A stretch of DNA of 64,000 nt from an uncultured cyanobacterium (GCA_963740315.1 CAVUDP010000002.1:160001-224000); one strand, 5' to 3'; counted from the stretch's first letter, positions 1 through 10,636 are shown. Made by a program: numbers and translations. The notes: a model not told the origin generated them from the letters alone.

Positions 1-136
1 GCTTACCTTTCGGCTGTGCAATTTCTACTAACACCCCATCATGTAATTCCCATAGTGCTTCTGAAGGCTTTTGTTTGATAAACTTTTCAAATGTTAAATA
101 CTCAGCTAGTGGCTGAATTATTTTTGTTTGAGCCAT
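1..136 (-). CDS. Uma2-family (DUF820) endonuclease, N-terminal part (runs off window)
   Basis: Manual translation from ATG at 136: MAQTKIIQPLAEYLTFEKFIKQKPSEALWELHDGVLVEIAQPKGK; clearly similar to the start of the Uma2 protein at 14387. Confidence 0.8.
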   Translation of the reverse strand, partial: MAQTKIIQPLAEYLTFEKFIKQKPSEALWELHDGVLVEIAQPKGK

Positions 137-510
137 TCGATTTTAGATTTTAATCCTAAAGCTTAAGTCTTTCCCTACAATACATGATCCGCGATGGATG
201 GACTATAAACCAATGTCAAGGGCGAAAAAGATCGCAGCAGATGCTTTTTGACTATCCATACAGAGTTGGGTTGCACCTCCTCGAACATGGTGATACTTAG
301 CGATTACAACAAAACCAATATGATGTTGGGTTTCGTTCCTCAACCCAACCTACGCACTCACAATCTGCTCCATTACGCAGTTATAGTACAACCCCTCATA
401 TTTATTCTCTGACAAGGGTAAAATATTATCTAGTATAAATGTGGAAATTACGGTTGCTTTATTGTAGGATGGCGATCGATGCATCTATAATCGATCGAAT
501 TATTCGAGCT

Positions 511-915
511 ATGACAACGATCGCAACTTCAAATATTCAGCTAACTATTTCCCTATCGGAACTGGATTTAGATGAGGAAGAGTTACAAGCACAAGTAGAA
601 AATTTGCTACCTCAGATTCGAGAAGTAGATGGGGTAGAAGATGCGGGTTTAGTAGAGGTAACTGAAGTACCCGAAAGTTCTAAATCTCTAACTGGCTACG
701 CTTTAGGGATGTTAAAAACAGTCCTAGATAAAGAACATCTGAAAAATGTTTTTGGTTTTTTGCGCGATCGTTTTGCTGGTAAACCTGAAACAATTAAGCT
801 GTTACTCAAAGCTCCCGACGGTAGGGAATTAAATTTAGAAGCGAGCAATGAAGAGGATTTTGCATCGGCGATGCAATTAGCAGAAAATTTTCTCAACAAT
901 ACCAAAAGTATTTAG
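511..915 (+). CDS. Effector-associated constant component EACC1-like protein
   Basis: Small acidic protein (DLDEEELQAQVENLLPQIREVDGVE...SKS...LGML) ending 16 bp before a caspase gene; ATG at 511 preferred over GTG at 439. Confidence 0.7.
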   Translation: MTTIATSNIQLTISLSELDLDEEELQAQVENLLPQIREVDGVEDAGLVEVTEVPESSKSLTGYALGMLKTVLDKEHLKNVFGFLRDRFAGKPETIKLLLKAPDGRELNLEASNEEDFASAMQLAENFLNNTKSI

Positions 916-931
916 TCTAAAGGGTGGCAAG

Positions 932-2947
932 ATGGCGAAGGTAGCTCTACTGATTGGGATAAGTGAATATCAACCGGGATTAAACCCTTTACCGGCTGCT
1001 GTTGAAGATGTGGAAGCGATGCGGCGTGTTTTGGGAAACCCGGAAATGGGTGGTTTTGCGGATGATGATATTACGGTGTTGAAAAATCCTCTACCGCAAG
1101 ATATTAGAATTGCTATCTACAATCTATTTACTAATCGTCACAAGGATGACTTACTATTATTTTACTTCTCCGGTCATGGAATTAAAGATGAGAGGGGCAA
1201 TCTATATTTTTCCAGCCGCGATACTAGAAAAGACAATGGTAGGTTGGTAACGCCTTCAGCCGTTGCAGCTAGAACTTTACACGACAATATCAATGATAGC
1301 CGCTCCCAAAGACAGGTAATTATTTTAGACTGCTGTTTTAGTGGTGCGATCGCCAGTGGAATGACACTCAAAGATGATGGTAGCGTTAACGTACAAGAGC
1401 AGTTAGGCGGTAAGGGCAGGGCAATTCTTACTTCTTCTACTTCAACTCAATATTCTTTTGAGCAACAAGGCTATTCGTTATCAGTTTACACTCGCTATTT
1501 GGTGGAAGGTATCAAGACTGGTGCGGCGGATACAGATGGGGATGGTTATATAAGCATTGATGAGTTGCACGAATATGCGAAGAATAAGGTGCAAGAAGTA
1601 TCTCCAGCTATGACTCCGGAATTCTACCCGGTAAAAGAAGGACATAAAATTATATTGGCAAAGTCGCGCCTGGACGATCCTAAGTTAATATATCGTCAAG
1701 AATTAGAACGTCTTGCCCAAAGAAATCAGGGAAATTTGTCTAATATTGCTTTGATAATTTTAGAGGGAAAGCGCAAGGATTTGAAGATATCTCCGGAAGA
1801 GGCAACTGCAATTAAAGAAGAGGTATTGCAACCCTATCGAGAGTACGAACATAAATGTCACGAGTACGAACAAGTACTGATTAACGCAGCAAGTAAACAA
1901 TATCCATTTAGTCAAGTAATAGAGAAAGATATCAAAGATTATCAGCAATATTTTGGACTCAGAAATGAGGATATTGCTGTTATTGAAAAACGGGTTTTAA
2001 CTCCAAAGCAAGCAAAATTCCCCGCAGTAGCAACACAAGTAAAACCAGAAGTAGAATCCGGGCATACTTCACCACAAAATTTAAAGCCTGGAAAGCCTGG
2101 AATCTTTAAGTCTAGTAGAAATCTATTTGTAGGTGTTGGAGGGTTTATTGTATTAGTGCTTTTAGGATTTCTAGTAACTATTCCGAAAGAATCATTGGTA
2201 AGTTACATTAATTCAGAAAAGAAGTATTCACCTGACGATTTGGAGACAATTTTAAATCAAGTTCCCCAAATAAAGTATGCATCTCGTTTAAGAAAAATAA
2301 ATCGCCGAGTTTACGAACAAATCGATCTATCGTGGAAGAATCGTCAATCTTTTAACCACAATTTATTTTATCGTGTAATAACAGCAGGAGATGGTACTAT
2401 ATTAAGTTACCTACCTCTAGATGAATCGGCACGGAAATATATAAATCAAACTCCCATTGCCGGAGTATATCAACTAAATAATCAAACACCGATAAAAAAC
2501 GAACCCGTGGCTCAATTTCGGGTAAGATTTCTTAAAGGTGGGGTGTTAGCAATTAATCCTTGGATCGGGTATAGCTATAAAACTCCGGATTTATTTGGGA
2601 CAGAAATTACAGATGCTAATCAAATTAAAGAGTTAGGACAAAAGCTCTACAATAATATCTGGAATAACTGGGGAGGTAATCCCACATATTCACAAAACTT
2701 GAAGTATCGAGTAGCTGTGAGAAAAGATGGTGCGATCGCCGATTATGAACCACTAAATAAAGCTGCCTTTGAAAACTTCCGAAAAACACCTTTACCAAAA
2801 ATGTTTGGGGAAACTCAATCTAATATCCCAGCCTCAAATCAACAACCTTTAGCTCATTATCAAGTAATATTTTCGCGACGCTCACCCAATGGTAGATTGA
2901 AAGTTGAACCTTGGCAGGGATATCCACGAGAAGAAAGCAATGAGTAA
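932..2947 (+). CDS. Caspase-family (C14) peptidase, EACC1-associated type, with TM helix and two C-terminal repeats
   Basis: KVALLIG start, FSGHG (His) and LDCCFSG (Cys) dyad; TM FVGVGGFIVLVLLGFLVTI; two ~100-aa repeats (YRV..DG.I..Y.PL...A...TP...P.A..V.F...PW.GY). Confidence 0.85.
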   Translation: MAKVALLIGISEYQPGLNPLPAAVEDVEAMRRVLGNPEMGGFADDDITVLKNPLPQDIRIAIYNLFTNRHKDDLLLFYFSGHGIKDERGNLYFSSRDTRKDNGRLVTPSAVAARTLHDNINDSRSQRQVIILDCCFSGAIASGMTLKDDGSVNVQEQLGGKGRAILTSSTSTQYSFEQQGYSLSVYTRYLVEGIKTGAADTDGDGYISIDELHEYAKNKVQEVSPAMTPEFYPVKEGHKIILAKSRLDDPKLIYRQELERLAQRNQGNLSNIALIILEGKRKDLKISPEEATAIKEEVLQPYREYEHKCHEYEQVLINAASKQYPFSQVIEKDIKDYQQYFGLRNEDIAVIEKRVLTPKQAKFPAVATQVKPEVESGHTSPQNLKPGKPGIFKSSRNLFVGVGGFIVLVLLGFLVTIPKESLVSYINSEKKYSPDDLETILNQVPQIKYASRLRKINRRVYEQIDLSWKNRQSFNHNLFYRVITAGDGTILSYLPLDESARKYINQTPIAGVYQLNNQTPIKNEPVAQFRVRFLKGGVLAINPWIGYSYKTPDLFGTEITDANQIKELGQKLYNNIWNNWGGNPTYSQNLKYRVAVRKDGAIADYEPLNKAAFENFRKTPLPKMFGETQSNIPASNQQPLAHYQVIFSRRSPNGRLKVEPWQGYPREESNE

Positions 2948-2999
2948 ATCAATTTTATAGATACTCCTTTCCCGGTACGATTACCGACTTAAAAAACCG

Positions 3000-3470
3000 C
3001 TATAGTACTCCACCACATTAATTTCGATCTGCAATAAGGTTCGTAGTAAGCGCTGTCTTCGCTGCGGATTTAAGGAACCAATGTCAGCAAGTAGAATCAG
3101 TAAAATTTCATGCAATAGACTACTAGTTATTTTCATTTGTTTTGATCTGCAACAAGGTTCGTAGTAAGCGCTGTCTTCGCCTCATATTACTGAATCCGGA
3201 GGGGGCTGAAGCCCTTACTACGAACCTTTGTTACCCGTCAAATTTAATGCAATCCATTACTAGTAGTCCATTTCATTTATTCTGACTGGTTGTAGAGACG
3301 TAGCACTGCTACGTCTCCCGACGTTTTGGAGAAAATGAACCTATCAAATTTAATGCAATCCATTACTAGTTTTTTTCATTTGTTTTGATGGCTAGCAAAG
3401 GTTAGTAGTTGCACTTGGGCACCTCATATTACCGAATTCGGAGGGGAACCAATGCCCTTACTACGAACCT
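3000..3470. repeat. Tandem cluster of about four MITE/REP-like units
   Basis: Repeated aaggttcgtagtaagcgc / cttactacgaacct inverted motifs, caaatttaatgcaatccattactag ends, and a gtagagacgtagcactgctacgtctc hairpin. Confidence 0.75.
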
Positions 3471-3564
3471 CTCATAACTTATGATGGTGTACTAGACGCG
3501 AGAGCCGCAGGACATACAATCGTCCTCAACATTTTGCTAAAATATTTAACATAACTTTATATTT

Positions 3565-4866
3565 ATGTTTATGAAGACAGTTGACAAGTTGAATATTGCA
3601 GAAACGACTCGATTGTTTTCTAATCTTACGTTGGATAAAAATAAGCTAATTCATCAACCGGGTAGCGTTATCGGCAGTACGGCGCTAATTGCTGGAACTA
3701 CTGTGGGTGCTGGGATTTTGGCTTTACCTGCTGTAACTTTACCAACTGGAGTTTTACCTTCTACAACTTTATTAATCGGCGTTTGGCTGTATGCTGTGGT
3801 GTCGGCTTTGCTGATTGCAGAGGTGATTTTAAACGGTATGCGTTACAGCGGACGGGCTAGTAATGGTTTGTTGGCAGTGGTAGAATCTACGCTGGGTGGA
3901 GTGGGAGCGAAGGCTACGGGTGTTGCTTATCTGTTTTATCATTATGCTTTGCTGATAGCTTATGTTTCTCAAGGTGGGAAAATTTTAATCTCTGCGGTGG
4001 AAGGAATATGGGATGTATCCGTACCTGCATGGATGGGAAGTACGGGATTTGCTTTGGTATTTGGCACTATTTTATATCTGGGAAGAGATAGATTTATTGA
4101 AAGATTAAATAGCTTTTTTGTGGCAATTGTTATCGCTTCGTTTATCGGGTTGCTAGTGTTAGGCGTTACGCAGATTCATCCGACTTCTTTGTTATCTCAA
4201 GATTGGAGGGCGCTGCCTCCCGCGTTATCAGTAATGTTAGTGGCGCTGTTTTTTCATAATATTGTGCCAGTGGTTGCGACTCAGTTGGAAGGAGATGCCA
4301 GAAAAGTTCGGCAATCGATCGTGGTGGGTTCAGCAATTCCTTTAACGATGTTTTTGTTGTGGAATGCGGTGATTTTGGGAAGCGTAACTCCGACAATGTT
4401 AGAGAATATTTCTAGTAATAGCAGTATTTTTGACCCTTTGCAAGTATTGCGTGCTGGTGATGCTGGGCAATGGTTGGGGATTTTAGTGACAGTATTTTCC
4501 GAGTTTGCGATCGCCACATCTTTTATTGGATTTTTCTACGGTTTGCGAGATTTATTTAAAGATATGAATTTGTTTGCGGATACCTCCAATTTTAGTTTAC
4601 CGTTAATATCGGTGATATTATTTCCGCCAATGGGTTTTTCTGCGATCGATCCCAACATCTTTTTTACAGCTTTGGAATATAGTGGCACATTCAGCGTTTC
4701 AATTTTGGGAGGTGTGATTCCGGCTGCGACGGCTTGGATACAGCGAGATAAATACAAAGAATTGAATCAACCGCTTGTCCCTGGTGGTAAGTTGATGTTG
4801 GTAATGACGATCGGTATTGCGTTGATGGCGATCGCTTTGGGGATTTGGGAATTGGGCATTGGGTGA
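3565..4866 (+). CDS. tyrP: Aromatic amino acid (tyrosine/tryptophan) permease
   Basis: GSTALIAGTTVGAGILALP signature, about 11 hydrophobic segments, AIATSFIG motif. Confidence 0.8.
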   Translation: MFMKTVDKLNIAETTRLFSNLTLDKNKLIHQPGSVIGSTALIAGTTVGAGILALPAVTLPTGVLPSTTLLIGVWLYAVVSALLIAEVILNGMRYSGRASNGLLAVVESTLGGVGAKATGVAYLFYHYALLIAYVSQGGKILISAVEGIWDVSVPAWMGSTGFALVFGTILYLGRDRFIERLNSFFVAIVIASFIGLLVLGVTQIHPTSLLSQDWRALPPALSVMLVALFFHNIVPVVATQLEGDARKVRQSIVVGSAIPLTMFLLWNAVILGSVTPTMLENISSNSSIFDPLQVLRAGDAGQWLGILVTVFSEFAIATSFIGFFYGLRDLFKDMNLFADTSNFSLPLISVILFPPMGFSAIDPNIFFTALEYSGTFSVSILGGVIPAATAWIQRDKYKELNQPLVPGGKLMLVMTIGIALMAIALGIWELGIG

Positions 4867-4908
4867 AAATAATTGAATTTATAGTAGTAAGTAGGTTAAT
4901 TCTGCATA

Positions 4909-5916
4909 TTAATCATCCCAAATCGGCAATTGATTAACTTTATCTAACAATAAACCAACATAAGTATTTTCAGTATTATCAACCGTCGCGGTACTAAAAT
5001 AACCATACTTACCATCATGAGTGTGGGAACCAGTTTCAATAACTTGATAACGCCCCTGCCGTACAGCTTGAATAAAAGGAGAATCAATCGTGATAGACCA
5101 GCGATCGGCGAATATAATTTTAGTAACATCTTCAACCCAATCTCTACTACCTCGCAGGTGATATACTTTTTCAACTTTATTAAAGCCCGTTTCGCCATCG
5201 AAACTACCACCGATGGAAACGACTATTAACCGTGTATTTAACCAGTTATATAAATATTCCGCAGCACCTAAAGATACTTGCGCCCCGCCACTGGTACCGA
5301 TAAGAATAATTTCGATTGGTTGCGGCGATTGAGGATTCAAAGGAGATACAGCGTTCATACGTTCTGCGATCGCTTTGGCAATTCCCAAGTTATAAACCGA
5401 ACCATAGCGGCTATCGGTAGAAATCGCGAATCGCCACAGATTACGAATTTTAATCAAGACATCTGCATTCTTCAACCAACCTTGCCCTTTGGAAGCAAAA
5501 CGCCATACAGGTGCAAAAAAACGCTGTCCCCCCAAACTTTCATTTGCTGCTGAGTAGGGAAATACATCGTCTACAATTGCACATTGAGGATGAAGCTTTG
5601 CTAATTGATTGAGAAAAATTTCTTCTCCAGGAGTCAATTCGTTAGCGGAAAAGTCCCCGACTCCGGGTAGAAAGATGATATAACAGTGTTTTTCTCCGAC
5701 GTTTTTTATATTAAAATTATTTTTAATTAAATCTTGAGTTGGATTTTTATCCAATCCTAAAGCTTGACTGCTCGTACTCAACCACCACGACAAAGTACCC
5801 ACGGGAGCAATAATTCCCCAGATAATTAATAATATACCCGCGAAAATTAGTAATTTTAAAGTTTCACCTCGCAGCCATTCTAAAATTCGTTCAATAACTT
5901 TGATAAGTTTTAACAT
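4909..5916 (-). CDS. Membrane-anchored alpha/beta-hydrolase-like protein
   Basis: N-terminal TM; IGTSGGAQ nucleophile elbow; candidate Asp (RDWVED) and His (HTHDG). Confidence 0.6.
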   Translation of the reverse strand: MLKLIKVIERILEWLRGETLKLLIFAGILLIIWGIIAPVGTLSWWLSTSSQALGLDKNPTQDLIKNNFNIKNVGEKHCYIIFLPGVGDFSANELTPGEEIFLNQLAKLHPQCAIVDDVFPYSAANESLGGQRFFAPVWRFASKGQGWLKNADVLIKIRNLWRFAISTDSRYGSVYNLGIAKAIAERMNAVSPLNPQSPQPIEIILIGTSGGAQVSLGAAEYLYNWLNTRLIVVSIGGSFDGETGFNKVEKVYHLRGSRDWVEDVTKIIFADRWSITIDSPFIQAVRQGRYQVIETGSHTHDGKYGYFSTATVDNTENTYVGLLLDKVNQLPIWDD

Positions 5917-5984
5917 TTTTAATATTGCACATTCGACAATACTCGATTATATTCAAATTTTTAACCAATGTAAGCACGATCGTT

Positions 5985-6560
5985 ATGGACGCAACTCAAA
6001 ATAATTCTAAGTGGCAATTACTATATACACTCAAAAACGCTTTACTTTTAAATGAGCAACTTTATGACGACGCTTGTAATACACCTTACAATAATCAATT
6101 AGCTTTAACTATCGTAATTTTAGCTGGCGTTTCTCATGCTTTGGGAAGTCTTTTTATTTTATTAATAAATAGAGCGGCGATTTATTTACTATTGCTAGCA
6201 CTTTTAATTGATGTTCTCTCAATTATTATCGGATACTATTTTTGGAGTTTAACTATTTGGAAAGTTGGACAATGGATAAAGTCAACAGATCCCAAATTTA
6301 ATAAATTATTAAGTCCAATTGGTTTTGCTTATGCACCCCAAGTATTAAACATTTTAACTTTAATTCCCTTATTAGGAAGACCAATAGAATTAATATTAGC
6401 ATTATGGAGTTTATTAGCGGTAATTGTAGCAGTTACTCAAGCCTTAGATATCAAAACTCCTAAAGCAGCCTTTATTTGTGTAATTGCATGGACAGTTATT
6501 CAATTTGCCGTGGGTTCTATTCAAGTTTTAGAACAGAAGGTGGTGCAATTTACTAATTAA
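5985..6560 (+). CDS. YIP1-family membrane protein
   Basis: About five TM segments, GFAYAPQVL..L..IPLLG motif; ATG at 5985. Confidence 0.7.
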   Translation: MDATQNNSKWQLLYTLKNALLLNEQLYDDACNTPYNNQLALTIVILAGVSHALGSLFILLINRAAIYLLLLALLIDVLSIIIGYYFWSLTIWKVGQWIKSTDPKFNKLLSPIGFAYAPQVLNILTLIPLLGRPIELILALWSLLAVIVAVTQALDIKTPKAAFICVIAWTVIQFAVGSIQVLEQKVVQFTN

Positions 6561-6899
6561 AGAATTGGGGATTGGGAATAATGTTTTACTCTTATTGTAA
6601 TGCGGGCATCTTGCCCGCTATTAAAAATTCAAACTAATATTATTAATTAAAACCAAGATTAAATTTTAATGTGAGTACGATGAAACGCAATGGTCAGAAG
6701 TCGGGTTTTTATAAAATTGTCAGGTTATTACAGATATCACATAAAAACCCGACTTCTCATCTGGATTTACAAACTTTTGAGGGAAGGAATCGGAATCAAA
6801 GTCTCCCAAATTAGCGGGGGATAATGGTGGAACGAAAACGTTTTGCTACCGACAAGAAAACTTTTAAAACATCCTCTAAAACCAATATTATCAACAAAC

Positions 6900-8662
6900 T
6901 TAAAAACTCCGCGTACCTTTGCGCTTACCTTTGTATTCCTCTGCGTTAGAAAAATATTGATTATTAGTAGATAAACCAACAGCTACATTTAATTTTTCAT
7001 CATCCTTTTTAATCGAGCTTATATCTTTATTTGTAAGCTCCGTGACTACACTTAAAAATAATTCCCCTTCTCCAAGAGAATTGATATAATTAGGATTTAA
7101 ATAACGGCGATAACTTGAATCATTTGTAACATAAGTATTGAACATTGCCAGAGCTAAATACTCTGTATATTCGCGAGCTAAATTAGGAGAAGGACCATCG
7201 CTTGCGATGGTACGGGAATTGTAGAGTCGGGTGATTCGGCAATTGTAGAAAAGTGGGTTCCACCGTTCATTAATACTAAATATTTATTTTCGTTTGTTAA
7301 CCAGGTAAATGGTTGAATTTGTTCTGGATACGCCGGAGCTGCGGTATCGGAAGTACCTGCTACAATCATTAGGGGAATCTTGATTTTGCTTAAACCTTCT
7401 TGCCCGAAAACGCTGCTATCTACTGGATTAATTGCAATTGCTGCTTTGATTCTAGGATCTGATAATTTATAGTCATATTGGGGTAAACGTAAAGCTAAAC
7501 ATTGCAATAATAGTGAAAGATTGAGCGTATTTTCATCAACCGGACAACTCTTTTCTAGCTTTGCAAAATTAATTTCGGCACCTGCTAATGCTAAAGCCGT
7601 GTAACCGCCAAAGGATTGTCCAATTACGCCTACTTGTTCCATGTTGAAGCGTCCCTTATATGCGGAATCGGAATTAGATAAACCTTCGAGATAATCTAAG
7701 ACATATTTTACATCCAAAGGTCGGTCAACAAATTCCCTGGGGTCAGTTATTTCATCCGCAATTCCACCTAATAATGCTTGCAGTTGCTGAGAATTGCTAC
7801 CGGGATGTTCGGGTACCGCAACTATAAAACCGTGAGAAGCCAGATGTTCGGCTAAATAAGCGAAACTGGTGCGATCGGAACCCAATCCGTGAGAAATTAC
7901 AATTACCGGACTCTTATTTGTCGATCGCGGTAAATAAATATCTAAAGGGAAAGTGCGAATCCGGGATAAATCGTTGAGGGTAACGCTTTGCTTTGTATAG
8001 GTAAAACGTCCTCTTTGCAATACATCTGACAAAATATTATTTGATACGGTTTCGCCGGATGCTTCTTTTAAAGATTTTTCGTTAATCAGATTAGCTGCTT
8101 TTTGAGTCCGATTGACAATATTTCTTGCCCGTAATGCAATTTCAAAACTGCGAAATAAATCTATTGAAAGAGTTTCTGAAGGAAATTTACGTAATATATT
8201 TAATAAAGTAAAATTTTCTTTATTTACGGCTGCTAATATTAATGCCGAACGAGTTGCATAAAATCCGCTACTGCGACGCAAGTCATTTCGAGTCATTTGT
8301 ACACTATTGCGATATTCCCGTTGAACTACTTGCGAAAGATTTTCTAATAGTTTCTCACCAATTGGCGAATAAAAAAATTGAGAAACTTCAACAGCTCCTA
8401 AAGGAATACGAGCAAGTAATACTTGTCTTAATTCTTCTCGCCTACTTTGAGGAACATACTTAAGATATGCTGCTAATTCATCATTTACTTGACCTGTTTT
8501 GGCATATTTTTCCAGAGAATCAACGGAAATTGACCTTTCTACTATGCCAAAAGAAAGCTTTAACCTTTGGGCACCGACAGCACGACTCGGAGTTAAAACG
8601 GGTAAAGCGCAAGTAATAATACTGCTCAATACTATATTCAGCCAAATTGATTTTTGATACAT
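6900..8662 (-). pseudogene. DUF1400 alpha/beta hydrolase with a 1-bp frameshift near 7197
   Basis: ISHGLGSDR, GQSFGG and GGTHFS motifs; adding one base at gcgat^ggt gives ...PSQAIGPSPNLAREYTEYLALAMF, joining ORF 6900..7145. A sequencing error is possible. Confidence 0.7.
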
Positions 8663-8666
8663 ACAA

Positions 8667-9299
8667 TTACAACTCAGGATGTAACCAATTAAACAATGCA
8701 AGACTTGTAATTGTACCGATAAAATGGGCGGCAATACCACACATATTTGCCATTGCTACAAAAATATCGAGGGGGCGAATAATCCGCGTGGGATCGTAAA
8801 TTGCCACACCTTGAGGTTGAGCGATGGATTTTGCTAATAAAACACCCAAACCCGAACCTCCTCCCAAGATTGTTAAGAGCAATCCCACTAAACCGACAAT
8901 TACACCGATTCGCAATATTTTCATTACCTCCGCTTTCTTAGGATGTATTTCCGGGTTGGGGTTGCGGAGTCTTCTAGCGAAACGAGTTAAACGGAAAGCT
9001 AAGTAAATACCGATTAATAAACCAATTATTCCGCACGCAGCCCAAAACATACTGATACCCAATCCGGGGGTAGTGGTATCGGTATATTGCGTAGCCGCAC
9101 GCACGCCAGCCCCAGGTACGACAACATCATTATTTATGGCTTGATTAAAGCTACGTCCCGAAATAGCGAATATTAGCATCAACCCACAAGCAGCACCCAA
9201 TCCCAACTGCAACCAAAAACTAACCCAGCCACCAAGACGCAATATATTAGCGATTCGTTCTTGCTTCGGATTTATTGTAGGTGTTGAGGTCGTTTGCAT
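8667..9299 (-). CDS. DUF3611 (Tic21-like) membrane protein
   Basis: GWVSFWLQLGL and IRPLDIFVAMAN...AHF motifs; four TMs; ATG at 9299. Confidence 0.8.
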   Translation of the reverse strand: MQTTSTPTINPKQERIANILRLGGWVSFWLQLGLGAACGLMLIFAISGRSFNQAINNDVVVPGAGVRAATQYTDTTTPGLGISMFWAACGIIGLLIGIYLAFRLTRFARRLRNPNPEIHPKKAEVMKILRIGVIVGLVGLLLTILGGGSGLGVLLAKSIAQPQGVAIYDPTRIIRPLDIFVAMANMCGIAAHFIGTITSLALFNWLHPEL

Positions 9300-9544
9300 A
9301 GTAATTGAAATTTTAGATTTTAGATACTTCGGCAAGTCTTACAGTGAGCTACGTCGAACTGCTCAGCACAAGTTTTAGATTTTAGATTTTAAAAGATTTA
9401 TAGTTGTATTTAATTGCATTTTTAATTAAATAAGTATCACTAAAAATCTTTTTGCTTTCACTATAAGTTTGTTGCAAAAGAATTACGACTCTCTCAAGGA
9501 AGAAAATCAAAGTGCTGCAAGTAATAATTTTGTTAGTTGGGCAT

Positions 9545-9812
9545 GGGGGGAGACGGGAGAGGGGGAGATGGGGAGATGGGGAGATGGGGAGAGGGGGGAG
9601 ATGGGGAGAGGGGGGAGAGGGGGTAGAGGGGGTAGAGGGGGAAGAGGGGGTAGAGGGGTAAGAGGGGGAAGAGGGGGTAGAGGGGAATAAGAATAACAAG
9701 GGAGCAAGATCCGGACACTACAAATAGTTTTTTATAAGTTCTATCCCCTCATCTCCCCATCCCCTCATCTCCCCATCCCCTTGTCTCCCCATCCCCTTGT
9801 CTCCCCATCCCT
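9545..9812. repeat. Purine-rich short tandem repeats (GGGGAGAT / GGGGGTAGA) and complementary TCCCCATC runs
   Basis: Directly visible 8-9-mer tandem runs; they generate several spurious low-complexity ORFs. Confidence 0.9.
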
Positions 9813-9820
9813 CAATCCTT

Positions 9821-10636
9821 CTAACCCAGTCCTGACCAGGGTTCTAGGAAGTCGGGATAAAGTGTTAATCCACCGTCGATATATAAAGTTTGTCCGGTGA
9901 TGTAAGTTGCTTCATCGGAACATAAAAAAGCTGTTGCCGCAGCCATTTCTTCGGAGGTACCGACTCTACCCATTGGTATATGACTTTCTACGTTAGCTTT
10001 CTTTTCTGGATCGTCAGTCCAAGCATCGTTGATGGGTGTGATAGTTGCACCGGGTGCGATCGCATTTACCCGAATCCCTCTTCTGGCATATTCTAAAGCT
10101 AGGGTGCGAGTTAAATTTTGCATTCCGCCTTTACTAACGGAATAACTTATATACTCAGGTCTGGGTATAATTTGATGAACGCTGGAAACGTTGATAATAA
10201 TTCCACCATTACCCGGATCGAGAAACATTTTAATTGCTTCGCGGGCGCATAAATAAGCACCTTTTAAATTAACGTCGATTACTTTCTCAAATTCTTCAAA
10301 TTTAATTTCGTGGGCTGCTCCTGGTATTTGAATTCCCGCATTATTAATTAAAATATCTAATCCGCCGAATTCTTTTTTTACTTCGGCAAACATTTCCACA
10401 ACATCGGCTTCCTTGGATACATCCCCTTGCACCAATATTTCTTTACCTTCACAACCGCAACGGGCATCGGTACAGGCTTGGGAAATCAATTTTTCGGTAT
10501 TGCCAGCATCTTCAGGGCTTTTTCGATAGTTAATTGCCACATTCGCACCATCAGCGGCAAATCTGACGGCGATCGACTGACCAATTCCGGAAGTTGCACC
10601 CGTAACTAAAACGTTTTTTCCGCTTATTCCTTTCAT
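9821..10636 (-). CDS. SDR oxidoreductase, glucose 1-dehydrogenase-like
   Basis: TGATSGIG, NNAG, YSVSK (YxxxK), NVSSVH, IDGG. Confidence 0.9.
   Translation of the reverse strand: MKGISGKNVLVTGATSGIGQSIAVRFAADGANVAINYRKSPEDAGNTEKLISQACTDARCGCEGKEILVQGDVSKEADVVEMFAEVKKEFGGLDILINNAGIQIPGAAHEIKFEEFEKVIDVNLKGAYLCAREAIKMFLDPGNGGIIINVSSVHQIIPRPEYISYSVSKGGMQNLTRTLALEYARRGIRVNAIAPGATITPINDAWTDDPEKKANVESHIPMGRVGTSEEMAAATAFLCSDEATYITGQTLYIDGGLTLYPDFLEPWSGLG

Noticed and set aside
181..310. Possible gene fragment between Uma2 and EACC1
   Set aside because: Only a ~30-codon open stretch with no recognisable motif
9382..9718. Four overlapping Pro/Gly-rich ORFs
   Set aside because: Translations of the G-rich tandem repeat
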